Both the position numbers and the translations under genes were made by a program. This document shows, in pieces, positions 37,459-49,007 of a stretch of 49,622 nt of DNA. Origin of the DNA: Catajapyx aquilonaris (lineage: Eukaryota). The number at the start of each line of letters is the position of its first letter. Position 1 is the stretch's first letter. The notes beneath the pieces were generated by a model, which saw only the letters and a list, made by a program, of their open reading frames with translations, did not search any database and was not told where the DNA came from. The DNA lies in assembly GCA_000934665.2 (NCBI GenBank), contig JYFJ02002869.1, forward strand, positions 1-49,622, given 5' to 3'.

Positions 37459-39489
37459 ATGATCCCAGAAGCACTGCTTTGTAAGTACATCGAATAAGTT
37501 CACATTTACGCTCTTCTGACACATTTTTTTCTCTATAGATTTCCTCTCCGTTGTCACATTGTCATGTTCACAGTCAGCACCTTCAAAGATATGCTACGGT
37601 AAGATATCACTGGTACTAGCACTGCTCATGTCAGTTCAAATGGCATGTGAATAAGACAGTTATTATCATGGATTGTTTACTTTATCCGTACCATTTTTCC
37701 CTGCAGAAAAGGAAGGATTGGGATGCTTTGAGAGGATACCAGGAGTGAGCTACGAGGCAGGATTTCCTTGGGATCCGTCCAAGCAGAAGACGGTCTTCAT
37801 ACTGACCACCAGTGGACACAGCGACGTGGTCCAAAACCTGACGTACAGGGACAGAACAGCACTGCGTGACAGTTACTTCAGTGCTCTGTGCCCAACCTTC
37901 GTAATAATACATGGCTTCACGCAGAACGCCAGCGTACCGTACTTTGTCGACACCCAAACAGCCCTGTTGAAAAAGGTATCGTGACCTAACTATAGGTTAA
38001 AAAAAGTAATGTACAGGCATAATAATTCGCAGTTCAACATATGCGCAAATGTCATTCGGCTCAACTGGAATGATCCACCAACAACTGACTACTTCATAGC
38101 TAGTGCAAACTCTGAACTGATCGGTCGCCAGCTGGCAGTATTTATCAACATGGCTGTCACATATGAACGTGCCAGGCCTCAAGATTTCCATCTCGTCGGA
38201 CACAGTTTGGGAGCCCAGATCGCCGGATTGTGTGGGAAATATCTTAAGAAGGCTTTTCACCTCACTGTCGGACGCATAACAGGTACTGTCCCAAACAAAA
38301 ATTACTCCTTTGGAGACTATAATTGTGACGATTACTTCTAATAATGCAACATCATTTTTGCAGCTTTAGACGCAGCTGGTCCCGGATTCTGCTACCTGTC
38401 CCAGTATGCATCCGGAACTCGTTTGAATAGTTCAGACGCCGAATTCGTGGACGCCATCCACACCAATGGAGGAAACGTGTCTGAAGGTCTGAAAGGTTGC
38501 GACATGAGGATCGGTCACGTCGATTTCTACGTCAATGGTGGTGTGAAGCAACCTGGCTGCAAATATGGAAAGTGTCGTCGCAGGTGCTTCATAGTGATTA
38601 AAACAATATTTTATGATCGAGTCGTGTCTTGATTTCTGCAGGTGATGAATTAAACCTGAGGCCTTCTTCATGCGACCACCAGATCAGCGTGTTCTACTTC
38701 ATCGAGAGCATTAACAATATCAAATGTGGCTTCACATCCTTCCCGGCCCCTAACTCTGCCAGATACGAGGATTTTCTTGTCGGAAAATATTTCGGATGCG
38801 GAAAAACCGGTTGTGGAAGTTTGGGATTCAGATCACGTCAGGCACGAGGAAGAGGAAAGCAGTTTATCTTGACTACCAACAGAACTCCCTTTTGCGGTAC
38901 GAATAGCTCCGGTTCGTGAAGGGCTGACTTTGAGAAATATTTGTTGAGACAATGGGGCCAGAGAATACAAGCTTTTGAATGCTACTGAACTCAAGAACAT
39001 TTTTTAACTCTTGTATAAATCATGATAATCTTATCTTTGGCTTTGCAGGAAGCCATTTCAAGATCAATGCTCTAGCACGGGGGAAGAGACAGAAGGAATT
39101 TAACATGAAGGTTACCCTCTCTGACAGACGCAGCTCTACCAGCAACATGGAAGTAGCATTTAGGTACGGTATAATAGTCGAGAATCAACCTGACCCTTTC
39201 CCTAACCTTTCTTCCATATTGCAGAGAAGAGTCACAGAATACAGCGGTTGTCATAAGCAAGCACACGACACTTGATTTCTGCAAGACCATCACGGCAACA
39301 ATATCTGACAGTACAATTCCGACGAACAGAATTAAATTTTTAGAAGTGACTGATGACAGAGGCAACAGGTGAGGTCGGAATAAGAATATTGCAGTCTACA
39401 ATATTGTCGAGTAAAGCATATTATAAGATGAGCATTTATTTTCCAGGAAATCGTCCTTCCCTACATCTCACCTTTTCAATAATTTCTGA
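37459..39489 (+). CDS. Lip6: pancreatic-lipase-family protein, 9 exons; intron-5 donor non-canonical
   Basis: Exons 37459-37480, 37539-37598, 37707-37975, 38033-38282, 38364-38567 (or 38573), 38642-38896, 39049-39163, 39225-39368 and 39447-39489. Motifs IIHGF, GHSLGAQ, RITALDAAGP, DAEFVDAIHTNGG, GHVDFYVNGG, CDH. Confidence 0.85.
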
Positions 39490-39758
39490 ACCCAAATGAC
39501 TGTGGCTTTGTTTACAGCAAAAAAAATCATAAGAGGAAGGTCAAATTGGTGAAGAATTGGCGCAGTGGTATATTTGTTTGAGGAAGTAAAGTCATGAAAT
39601 CCTGAAGTCTTCATTTTATTGCGCAGTTTTGAATGCCTCGGATATCTTTAATGCTCCAGTGTTGTGAATGTGAGATTCCTCTTCGGTTATGATCAGCACA
39701 TAAAATTCAGTGTACACAAGTCGACGACCAGTGGCTAGAAAGCCTGCCCTCCTATTTC

Positions 39759-42700
39759 TCAATTCGGGCAAGCGATATCCGCTAAGGAGATATTACTGTG
39801 CTTACCGTTACCAAATCTAGACTTCAATGTATTGCAGTAGAATTTGCTGAAAGATGATTTGGTCATGAATCAACCGTAAGTAAGTTTAGATAATAAGAAT
39901 GATTTGGAGGTGGCTCATTACCCTACTCCCGTCTCACTCAAGATACTGAGGCTCGTTACGCCTCTGTACGAATGAAAATGAACCGTGGCAGCCACAGGTT
40001 TGGTGTAGTCCAACGTTGAGCATTTGCTGATCCCCACGTAGGAGTCGCTCTTCATGGAGCTGGGCGAAGCATGAAAAGCCAATAATTTCATGCATAAATG
40101 TTATGACCTGTGCTTATTGTCATTATTGTTGGTGATAATAATAATAGGACTCAAAATTAATGTTACTGAGTAGGTAAAATTATGAGGTTGGAAGTCACTC
40201 CGTCGGTAAGTTCAAGCTTGTTGATCCTCAATCTCCTACGATGTTTCATAATAATCAGGAACTGTGTACCTGCAACAGATTTTTTTTTTTTTTTGCAATC
40301 ATGCACACTTTTCCAAAAACAATGCAATGACTCACCAAATAACGGTCGCTGGCCTCGAGTGATCAAGTACTGCGTTCCTCTACCAGGGTAATCGAAAGAT
40401 CTATATCCCATGACACCGCATCCGTTCGGTTCGCACGAAAATAACTGTCCATTCTGGAAATCCTTGAAACTCGAACTTGCTGGTGCTGGAAACGACCTAA
40501 ACAAGCAATCTTTGGTGTGCAAGCTGGCATCGAAGTATGTCACGCTCATTCCGTGATTGCAGAAAAAATCACCTACAATGGTCAATATATATAATAAGCA
40601 CCATATGACTGTGTGCATTGGATTTGAAACATGCTTTATTATTTTCTAGTAATAATATTATATTGAATTAGTAATATCACCCTTCACGTCTTTGCAATAT
40701 GGCTGACTTTTCCCGCCATTTGGAAAGAAATCAATGTGTCCCAGACTCTTAGAACAGCTCAGCTGATTGAAGGCGACGAACCCAGAGTTGGTGTGGACAA
40801 TGTCCACCTTCCTGGCCTGTGACGGGTTCAGGTGGTACCCGGCACCTACTTTGTTCAGGTAGCAAAACATCGGGCCTGCTGGGTCCAGACCTGCACGTGA
40901 AGTATACGTGTACTTGTCAGTGCATTTCGCACAATCATAATAATTCGGCAAGAACTTTGCGAATGATTTTTCCAACGTTTTACCTGTTATACGTCCAAGC
41001 GTGAGATTGAAGCCAGTTCTCAGAAACTCCCCAGCATATCCTGCGATTTGAGCCCCAGTACTGAATCCCACGATGTGAAAGTCATCAATATCAGCTCCCA
41101 TGGACACCATGTTTCTTATCACCACTGCAGTCAATCTGCCGACAACCTCCGCGTTCAGACCGACCTCGATGTAGTTGATATTTGCATACTCATTCCAGTC
41201 TATCATCACAGTGTTGACACACGGAAGCTGAAGGAAAGTGCATCTGCATTAGTGAACAACATTGATGTTCATTTCATTTGATGAATATTCGCTCAGTCAG
41301 ACATACTTTCATAAGCAGTGACTTTTCGATGTTCGACATTCGATTCTCTTCTAATGTGTTTTGATATCCGTAGGCAAGAAAAATGGTCGGACAGGTGATA
41401 TTAAAACGGCTGGTTCGTACTGTCTCCTCGTCATTGTACATCAGTCTCTCATGCTCCGTGGGATTGGCTGTCGTCCTCAAAAAAAACTTTGTCGTGTTGG
41501 CGTAAGCACTCGTAGGAAGCTTCACAGCGTAGGTAGTAGGAGTCTTGTAAAAGCAGCCGATAAGATCTGTGAGAGAAATGTCGGTGTCGTTAGAAAATAT
41601 TATTCAGTCTTAGCTTTTTCAATATTAACGGCTGCCACGTCAGGAATGTGTGACAATGAGGTCCTAACCTTGGTCTGGGATTTGGGAAATTTTTACACGA
41701 AATGCTCAATCATATACCTATAAACACTCATTTGACCACTTTTCAGCACCAAAATGTCATTCCTCGAGATATTATCGCGGGTTTAAAAGTCACTCTAAAA
41801 GTGGCGTGGAAAAGGGGGCGTGGCTTAAAAGGCGCATTCCCACTCCTGCTGACCAAAGTGGCGTCAGCAGACAGGTGCACCAGCTTTGCTTTCGATTCCG
41901 TTGGTAGGGTCGCCAACAAAGCAAACAAAGGAACAAAGCAGCCCGGGTGCGTTCCTGCCTCTGCACCGATCTGTTTGGCCACAGTGTCGTCAGGGGCAGG
42001 ACGATATCGTATACAACAAATATCATCATTTTTCCTGTCCATGAGAATTCATCGCCATTTTCGTGTTCCTTAGGCCGCTCATAACTCATAATGACCATTC
42101 ATTTTGTGTGGGATATGTTTTAGACCTCGAGGCAGTCAAAAAATCAAAATCCCCGAAATATTGGGGTCATTCCGAATCAAGTGGGCCAAAAATTTTCTAG
42201 GCCATTTTGGATTGTGCTGAATGAAATCACAGCCGTACACGCCTGCGCCATAACGCTGCATATCAATTTCAACCATATTACGCAATGCCATGATAAGGGA
42301 GAAATTCGCGAATTTTTGAAAATGGCTGGAAATTAGTTTGGATAATTTTTTCTGTTAGTGGAAGAGATAAAACCCCAATCAAAATAAGGTAAACCTACCA
42401 ATTTATACACCATCTTAAGGGGGGGAAATACGGATTTTGGGTTTTTCACATAACACCCAAAAGAATAAAAGGATGTCACAGCCATGTCTGGATAATCCAT
42501 TTCACGGTGCTCTACCTGAATCTATGTTTTACTCTCCATAATGTACCAGTAGCTATATGGAATACCGCACAGTGAATTTTACTATCATGCAGTATCACGA
42601 CCCTTTCGTGACACCTGTTTTCGCCCCTTTTATGACACCTTCAGCCCAATTTGTGACACCTGTTTTTGTCAATTCTATGACACCCATTTTTTTTTTCGGA

Positions 42701-44807
42701 ATGTTCTAGCTTTTATTTTTATTGTGAAAACCAGTTTTTTCCTGTATGATGGTGGTTCTAGATTTTGTCTGAGTCTGGACTACTCTATCAATGATGTTTT
42801 TATGCCTCTTTCTGAAGAGTATGTACTGTACACAGTACTCCTGATTATCTGTGTTGCGAATTATCGATGCATCAGCACAAAAAGTTAGAAATAAAAGTCC
42901 CGAAAATGTCAATTTGTCTCGCAAATGCAAGGAATACCAAATCCTGGCAGGATCCGATCACCGTAAACGACTGAAAAAGATATTTATCGAAAGTTCCTTT
43001 TAGGCCCTTTTCATAATCATAAAACTATTACAATACGATTGTAATGTAACAATTCGAATGTAAATAAACACTATTTCTAAGGGTGTCATCAATTGGCAAA
43101 TGACAGATTTCAGTACCCAATTTCTGACACCCACACTAACTCTTTCAATGCATCGTTACGATTAGAACAAACATTCACAAGAGGAAAAGGACATGTTCAA
43201 TTACTAATTGTAACCTTTAAACTGTTTCCCCATTTTTTAAATAAACTTGTAAGAAAATTTTTGAAACGAAACTTTGCTCTTAACGGAATTGGCTTTTCAC
43301 TCCATGTTACACTGTGGCTGTGCAGCACTTGACACTCTAATTTATTTCTTGAAAACCAACTCACCACTGTCCTTCACCTCACTACAGGTTGTTAAATAAA
43401 GATCGGCAGTGCTGTGGTTAATTTCTGTGATGCATTGTCTGTATGTTGATGTTGTATGTTGTATGTTGATATATACCTATACGAGTATTTTGATTGGGTT
43501 TTGACCATTTCCACTAATCGAAAATAATTCATCAAAAAAGGCTTCATTTTCAGTCATTCCTAAAATCTCGCTATTTTTTCCATCCCCAGGGTATTGCGAA
43601 ATTTGGCTGAAACTTGATATGCAGCGTCATGGCATATGTGTGTACAATATATTATGATTTTTTCAGCAAAATCTGAGATGGTCTAGCAACATTTCGGTGC
43701 ATTTAATTCGAAATGACCCCTATTGACCCCTATTTTGACAGCCCCGAGGTCAAAAACAAATCCCGGGCAAAATGAATGGTCATTATGAGTTACGAGTGAC
43801 CTCAGGAACATGGAAATAGCGATGAATTCCAATGGACAAATATCGTGTTGCATAGTGAATTAGCATGGCTTTAGATCGATCATAGCTCTAGAACTAATAG
43901 TCATACGCATTTCTTCAAACTAAAAACACCAAAATCCCTTTTAAAATAAGAACTATTTTCTACATTGGTTTGCAAAATGTAGGCTAGGATCCCATTATTT
44001 GGTTGGCATAACTCAGACTTGAACCAAAATGCATTTTGCATTTCAGGTGTTCTATGTCTGATTAAGATGAACTCACCATAGCAGACCTTAGCAGACGAGA
44101 ACAATCTCTTTCCAGGAACAAGGCCAATGAATTGCGCAACCGATCTTAATATTCCTGTGATGGGCGTGATGCTTTTGATTTTGGACAGCAGACGACCGGC
44201 GAAGTGTAGTTTCGCTGGAGCCGGTGTGGGTACCGCTGGAGGCGGTGGCGTCACAGGAGCAGGAGAAACATCGTTCGATTCTTTCATTTGCTTAAGATAC
44301 GCCTTATCTTTTTGCTGCAAGTTGCCACCTTGTTGCTGCAAGTTGCCACCTGGTTGCTGCAAGTTGCCACCTTTTTGCTGCAAGTTGCCACCTGGTTGCT
44401 GCAAGTTGCCACCTGGTTGCTGCAAGTTGCCACCTGGTTGCTGCAAGTTGCCACCTGGTTGCTGCAAGTTGCCACCTGGTTGCTGCAAGTTGCCACCTGG
44501 TTGCTGCAAGTTGCCACCTGGTTGCTGCCAGTTGCCCCCTTGTTGCTGCCAGTTGCCATCTTGTTGCTGCCAGTTGCCACCTCCCTAATCAGAATACTTC
44601 CAGTTATTACCATATTGGTTCTCCTGTTGTTATTGCATTACATAAGACCCCCCCCCCCNTGACTATAATACTGGTTGTAACCACTCGCCTGCTGCTGGTT
44701 TGATCCTCCGGAATACTGGTTGTAACCACCTCCATATTGCTGCTGTTGGTATGCCTGCCCCCCGTAGCCATTCTGCTGTTCATACTGACCCTTCACATTT
44801 GTGGAAC
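39759..44807 (-). CDS. Lip7: pancreatic-lipase-family protein with a Gln/Gly/Tyr-rich repeat N-terminal extension; exon 1 not found
   Basis: Exons 41566-41307, 41227-40984, 40890-40681, 40572-40336, 40269-40167, 40059-39922 and 39846-39759 in frame (GFSTG, GLDPAGP, CNH). The upstream exon region 44807-44077 ends KVCY-G|GTGAGT and joins to give CYDLIGCF. It contains two in-frame stops (44630-44632, 44585-44587) and an N at 44659. Confidence is higher for the lipase core than for the 5' part. Confidence 0.75.
42036..43838. mobile_element. About 1.8-kb non-coding element with long imperfect terminal inverted repeats, in Lip7 intron 2
   Basis: 42036-42390 is an imperfect reverse complement of about 43485-43838 (for example AACTCATAATGACCATTCATTTTG / CAAAATGAATGGTCATTATGAGTT, and GCTGCATATCAA / TTGATATGCAGC). 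Inner GGGGTCATT...AATGACCCC ends (42163, 43720) are each flanked by TATT. Confidence 0.75.
44310..44582 (-). repeat. Coding minisatellite, 13 x 21 bp, encoding (G/D)GN(L/W)QQ(P/Q/K)
   Basis: Plus-strand unit TGGTTGCTGCAAGTTGCCACC. Confidence 0.95.
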
Positions 44808-46566
44808 CTAGAACTAATCACATATCTCGTTGCAACAGGCGCAAGTGCAAGTGCCACATCGAGTATCTTATGGGGCCATATATAAAGGACGCCATCTGGA
44901 CATTCTCTCATAAACTGTATATCTCTCCACATCGCCAAACAAAATTCATGTCTTTCAAAAGTAACTAATTGATCCCCCCGATAATGGGAGAACAAAATGG
45001 ATTTCCAATATATCGTATTCTTAAAAATTTTGGTGCGGGATGGAGAAAGTTATGAACTTATGCGCAGCTGTTTTCTCATAAGCAAATAGTATCGGAACTA
45101 ATTTTGCTGTTACATAATTTCTTTCTCGTGGAAGTTGTCCAGGATTACATAAGAAGAATAGCTAAACTCAATTGTTGCCCTTTATTCTTTGAATTGCAAA
45201 TATCTGGTCTTGAAACGTCACAATTTTCACTTCTAAGATTGAAACAAAAGGCTATAGTTGCACAATGTGGCAATTGGTGGCAGCGCTTCAAATGGCGCAT
45301 TGAAGTGAACAGCATTATGAACGCTCCCATCATTATATACGTAAAGTGTCACTAAGCATTGTTTCATTGAACAATGTGTGAGTCAAACGTTCCCTCCCCA
45401 ATATGAAGAAGTCCTGCCAACGGAATTTGAAGAAGATGATGATAATGATATGTACGGATTAACGTGTCATTAAAATTAAAATTCGGGAAGGTTCCCAGCA
45501 CCTTTTTGGTCATTCCAAAGGAGAACAAATATTGCTAACTGTCCACTGTCGAGACCGACTTTTAAAAACTCAGAGAATAATAGGAAAAGCTGAGTTTAAT
45601 TTTTTGTCTAATATTACGAGAGACAACTAAAACTATTGTCAAGAAATATAGCACACGTCCTGGACGGTATAGTACCCTTCGATCAATTATGTCATTTTAT
45701 GAGTTTATAGCGTCACATTAGCACCTCATCCTTGTTCAGAGTGAGTCAAAGTTATCCAGGTGTCAGTGAAAGTCCGTTATGCAAGAGTGGGAAATGTCAA
45801 TATTAAGCATAATCATTAACAATGATGGACGGTTGGTTTACCTTCAGAAACACTCTTACACTATTACAGATAAGGCCACAATCACATTCCGAGTCATAAA
45901 TTACGTTCATCGGTTGGTTTCCGGTTGCTGTCTCGGCATTTTTTGCCCTGTACATTTTAAAATTACTGTGTTAGGCCAATCTAGCTGGATAGCCTCTAGT
46001 TATGACTCACCCTGTATATCACAATTGATCAATCACATTGTGACCCCCCCCCCTCCCCACCTGACCCCTACAAGAGTGACGTCCTCTATGGAAGACCCCT
46101 TAATAATTATACTTGCGCAGGAAGACGGCTACAGCTGTTTTGAAGTCAGTCATACCCAAGCAATCCACTTATTGGAAGCCAGGTCTGCTTACGTACTGTA
46201 TGTTGCATTACACGTGTACTACACAGTCCTCACTTGACGCTTACGCATTCTCACATCACTTTGTGCCATTATATATGAAACAATAAACTGGCGAGAACTG
46301 ATATATTCTTATGAAGTACATGCCGTCTCAGGATTAGAATCCCAGATACAGGGAGAATATTACTCTTGCAAAAAAAAAATAAGAAGAAGAAGAAGAGTAG
46401 GACTTTTACACGGACTCTTGTCGCATTATTGCCTCACGAAATTGAAGACGTTGAAAAGAAATTACTAAAGCAGACTACAGAAAAATTTATCAACACACTT
46501 CCAATCAATTCAAATGCCCTTCTGCACCTTCAGTTGCAAACAATTACCTTTAAATACATGAAAATC

Positions 46567-46629
46567 AAATATTTTATGGGGCTGTACACAGAGCACTAAA
46601 TGCTCTCTGTACAGCCCCATAAAATATTT
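46567..46629. repeat. Near-perfect hairpin with 29-bp arms and a 5-nt loop
   Basis: AAATATTTTATGGGGCTGTACACAGAGCA-CTAAA-TGCTCTCTGTACAGCCCCATAAAATATTT, one mismatch. Confidence 0.9.
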
Positions 46630-47145
46630 ATCGGTGGCCATGTACAGTCTATATGGAGGCAGATAAAAAAACTTAATAACACATGCACCGAAAGAAGATA
46701 TCAAAAATTAGGTACAATACCTCTACAGTTAGTAACACATGGCCATACAAAATAACAAGCTGGCAATAAATAAATAACGTTTTCCCATCGGTTTTTAAAA
46801 ATATACTAGGCACCAATTTGCCAAGATTTGGCACAAAATTTGGCAAAATTCCGAAAGTGGAGGGAGGAAGGGAGAGACGATGACAAGGCAGCGACGTCAG
46901 ACGGTGAAATTCCGAAGTAGGCGAGTCGCCACCCAGGAGGTGGGGCCCCGCGCCCGGAACGGCGGAAATGAGAATTACGTCGAAATATAGCGGTTGGTTT
47001 ATTTTAGGCGTTCGGCGTTTTTGCGTTTTATAAATTCCCTGGACACTATTTCCAAAAACAAAAAAAAACAAAAAAAAACACAGATGTCTATTACAAACAT
47101 AGAAAACGCGGGCTAAATTTAGACATCAGTCCCAATGCTGTAGGC

Positions 47146-47330
47146 CAGTGGTTCCCAACCCTTTGGGTCGCAAAGCCTTTTCCGGGGTGTCGCGCGTGGC
47201 CGCGGTAATTTTTATAAAGTAAAAAAATCACTATTTTTTAAAAATCAAACAGTTTTATAGGAATTTCATCGTGAAGGGTTTTTTTTTCCAACACATCGGG
47301 TCACGACCCGAAAAAGGTTCGGAACCACTG
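47146..47330. mobile_element. 185-bp hAT (Charlie-like) MITE
   Basis: TIR CAGTGGTTCCCAACC / GGTTCGGAACCACTG. 8-bp TSD CTGTAGGC at 47138-47145 and 47331-47338. Confidence 0.9.
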
Positions 47331-49007
47331 CTGTAGGCCGAACGGCGCGGGAGGAGTCGTGGGGACAGTCGGGTATTATTACTAATAACTGACTATATAG
47401 GTAAGCGCAAAAACTTCAGTGAAAAAAGGGTAGTAGGACCTCCGTGGCTGAATGAAACAAGGCAAGGACACGACATAAGTCCTTCACCAATTGATTTGAG
47501 CTGTACCATAAAATAAGTCTTACTCAGCAATAATTTCTTGTTGTGGATAATACAAACACCAAATGAACTCAAATGGTCAAGGCTGTGGTCCGTGAAATCT
47601 TCTGGGAAGGTGGTTACTCGTGGAAAGAGTGGCTAATGACAGGGGACTATTCAAATTGCCAGGCAAATATAAGAAACGTAATTTCAGCAACTCGCGCCGT
47701 TATAAATCTATATTGATTTATCTCCTGAGATAGGATTAGCTCAATGTTTCCTTTATGCGCTTCCCTTGCCACAAGTAAGAATGGTGAGTAATCTCAGAAA
47801 TCAATCAAATTCATATTATGTTAAAAAATACAAATTCTCCTTTCCCTCAGACTCCATTTGCACTGTCTGTAACTCGGGTGATACTTGGTCTATGTACAAT
47901 GTGGCATTTTTTTTGCTTTTTTAAGAAATAGTAAGTTGGCAGGAATCCCAGATTTACCACAAGATAAGATACATACCCTGTTCGCATTGATGCCATCAGC
48001 TGCTATTTGCCAAATATATTCATTTTTTCAGCAGCTGGGGATTACCTAAATATTATTGTGACATAATTCTCTAAAAATAAGGCAGAAATATGGTTGATAG
48101 AGAATGTTTGTAGGGGAAGTCTTCCCGAATGTACCCAATATACATACTCGAGCAATAATTTCCCATTTACTGCTCATGAAGTCTCCTTTAGGAAAACTAT
48201 TTGCGGAATTTTCATCGTACTACCAAGAGCTCTTGGTACTACTAGTTACTTCTACCACTGTAGTGCAATGGTTTCTGCTAAGCTAGCAATAACATTTGCG
48301 ACGAAAATAATTTCCACCCATTAATTTTCCGAGTCACGCCATATATACTTGTATGTGATTTCTGAAATTATGAACTTCAATATTAAGCACATTCCATTCT
48401 ATACGATTGGTATAATAATTATTGCCATGAAACATTTATGCAGAATCGTCACCTCTTTTAGATGCTGATTTGAACTACGAATGTTTCATTCTTCACAAAA
48501 ACGTAAATTGGTGAATTTTCGAGGGTCTCTTTCGATTGGATTCTCCATTTTCAGGAGCGAAAATTCCCAAGTCTGTGAGGATGGGTTCAGTTCCCCCCCC
48601 CCCCCCCTCATTTTTTTCCAAAACAAAACTCTGCCTAGTGCTCTGAATAGTTTGCAGTAGTACAACTTTTTTAGGAGCCATTCCTCACAATTCTTCAGAA
48701 TAAATTGTTGAGTAAGACCTATGGTACAGCTTAAATCAATTGGTGAAGGTCTTACGTGCGCCTGCCTTGCTGTTTCAGTATTTTCATTCCGCTACGGAGG
48801 TCTTATACTACCCTTTTTTCACTGAAGGGAATGTTTTTTCTCGTATTTCAGTTCTTTTTTGTAAACCCCTTCGCTACCAGCTATACCGCCATCGCTTAGG
48901 TTTTCGCTTACACGTACTCTGAAGATAAGGAGAAGATATTTTACCAATAACAACAGCTATATAGTGATATACGTATCATATCATACTCACACGTTTATGC
49001 TCTACAC

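Noticed and set aside
44310..44582. Regular 21-bp repeats as a possible CRISPR array
   Set aside because: Head-to-tail units with no unique spacers, no cas genes and a eukaryotic context. It is a coding minisatellite.
44127..44662. ORFs with (CCKLPPG)n, (LLQVATW)n and (NQVATCS)n, resembling metallothionein or keratin-associated proteins
   Set aside because: These are alternative frames of the same minisatellite. Only the minus-strand GGNLQQP frame connects to a splice donor and the lipase motif.
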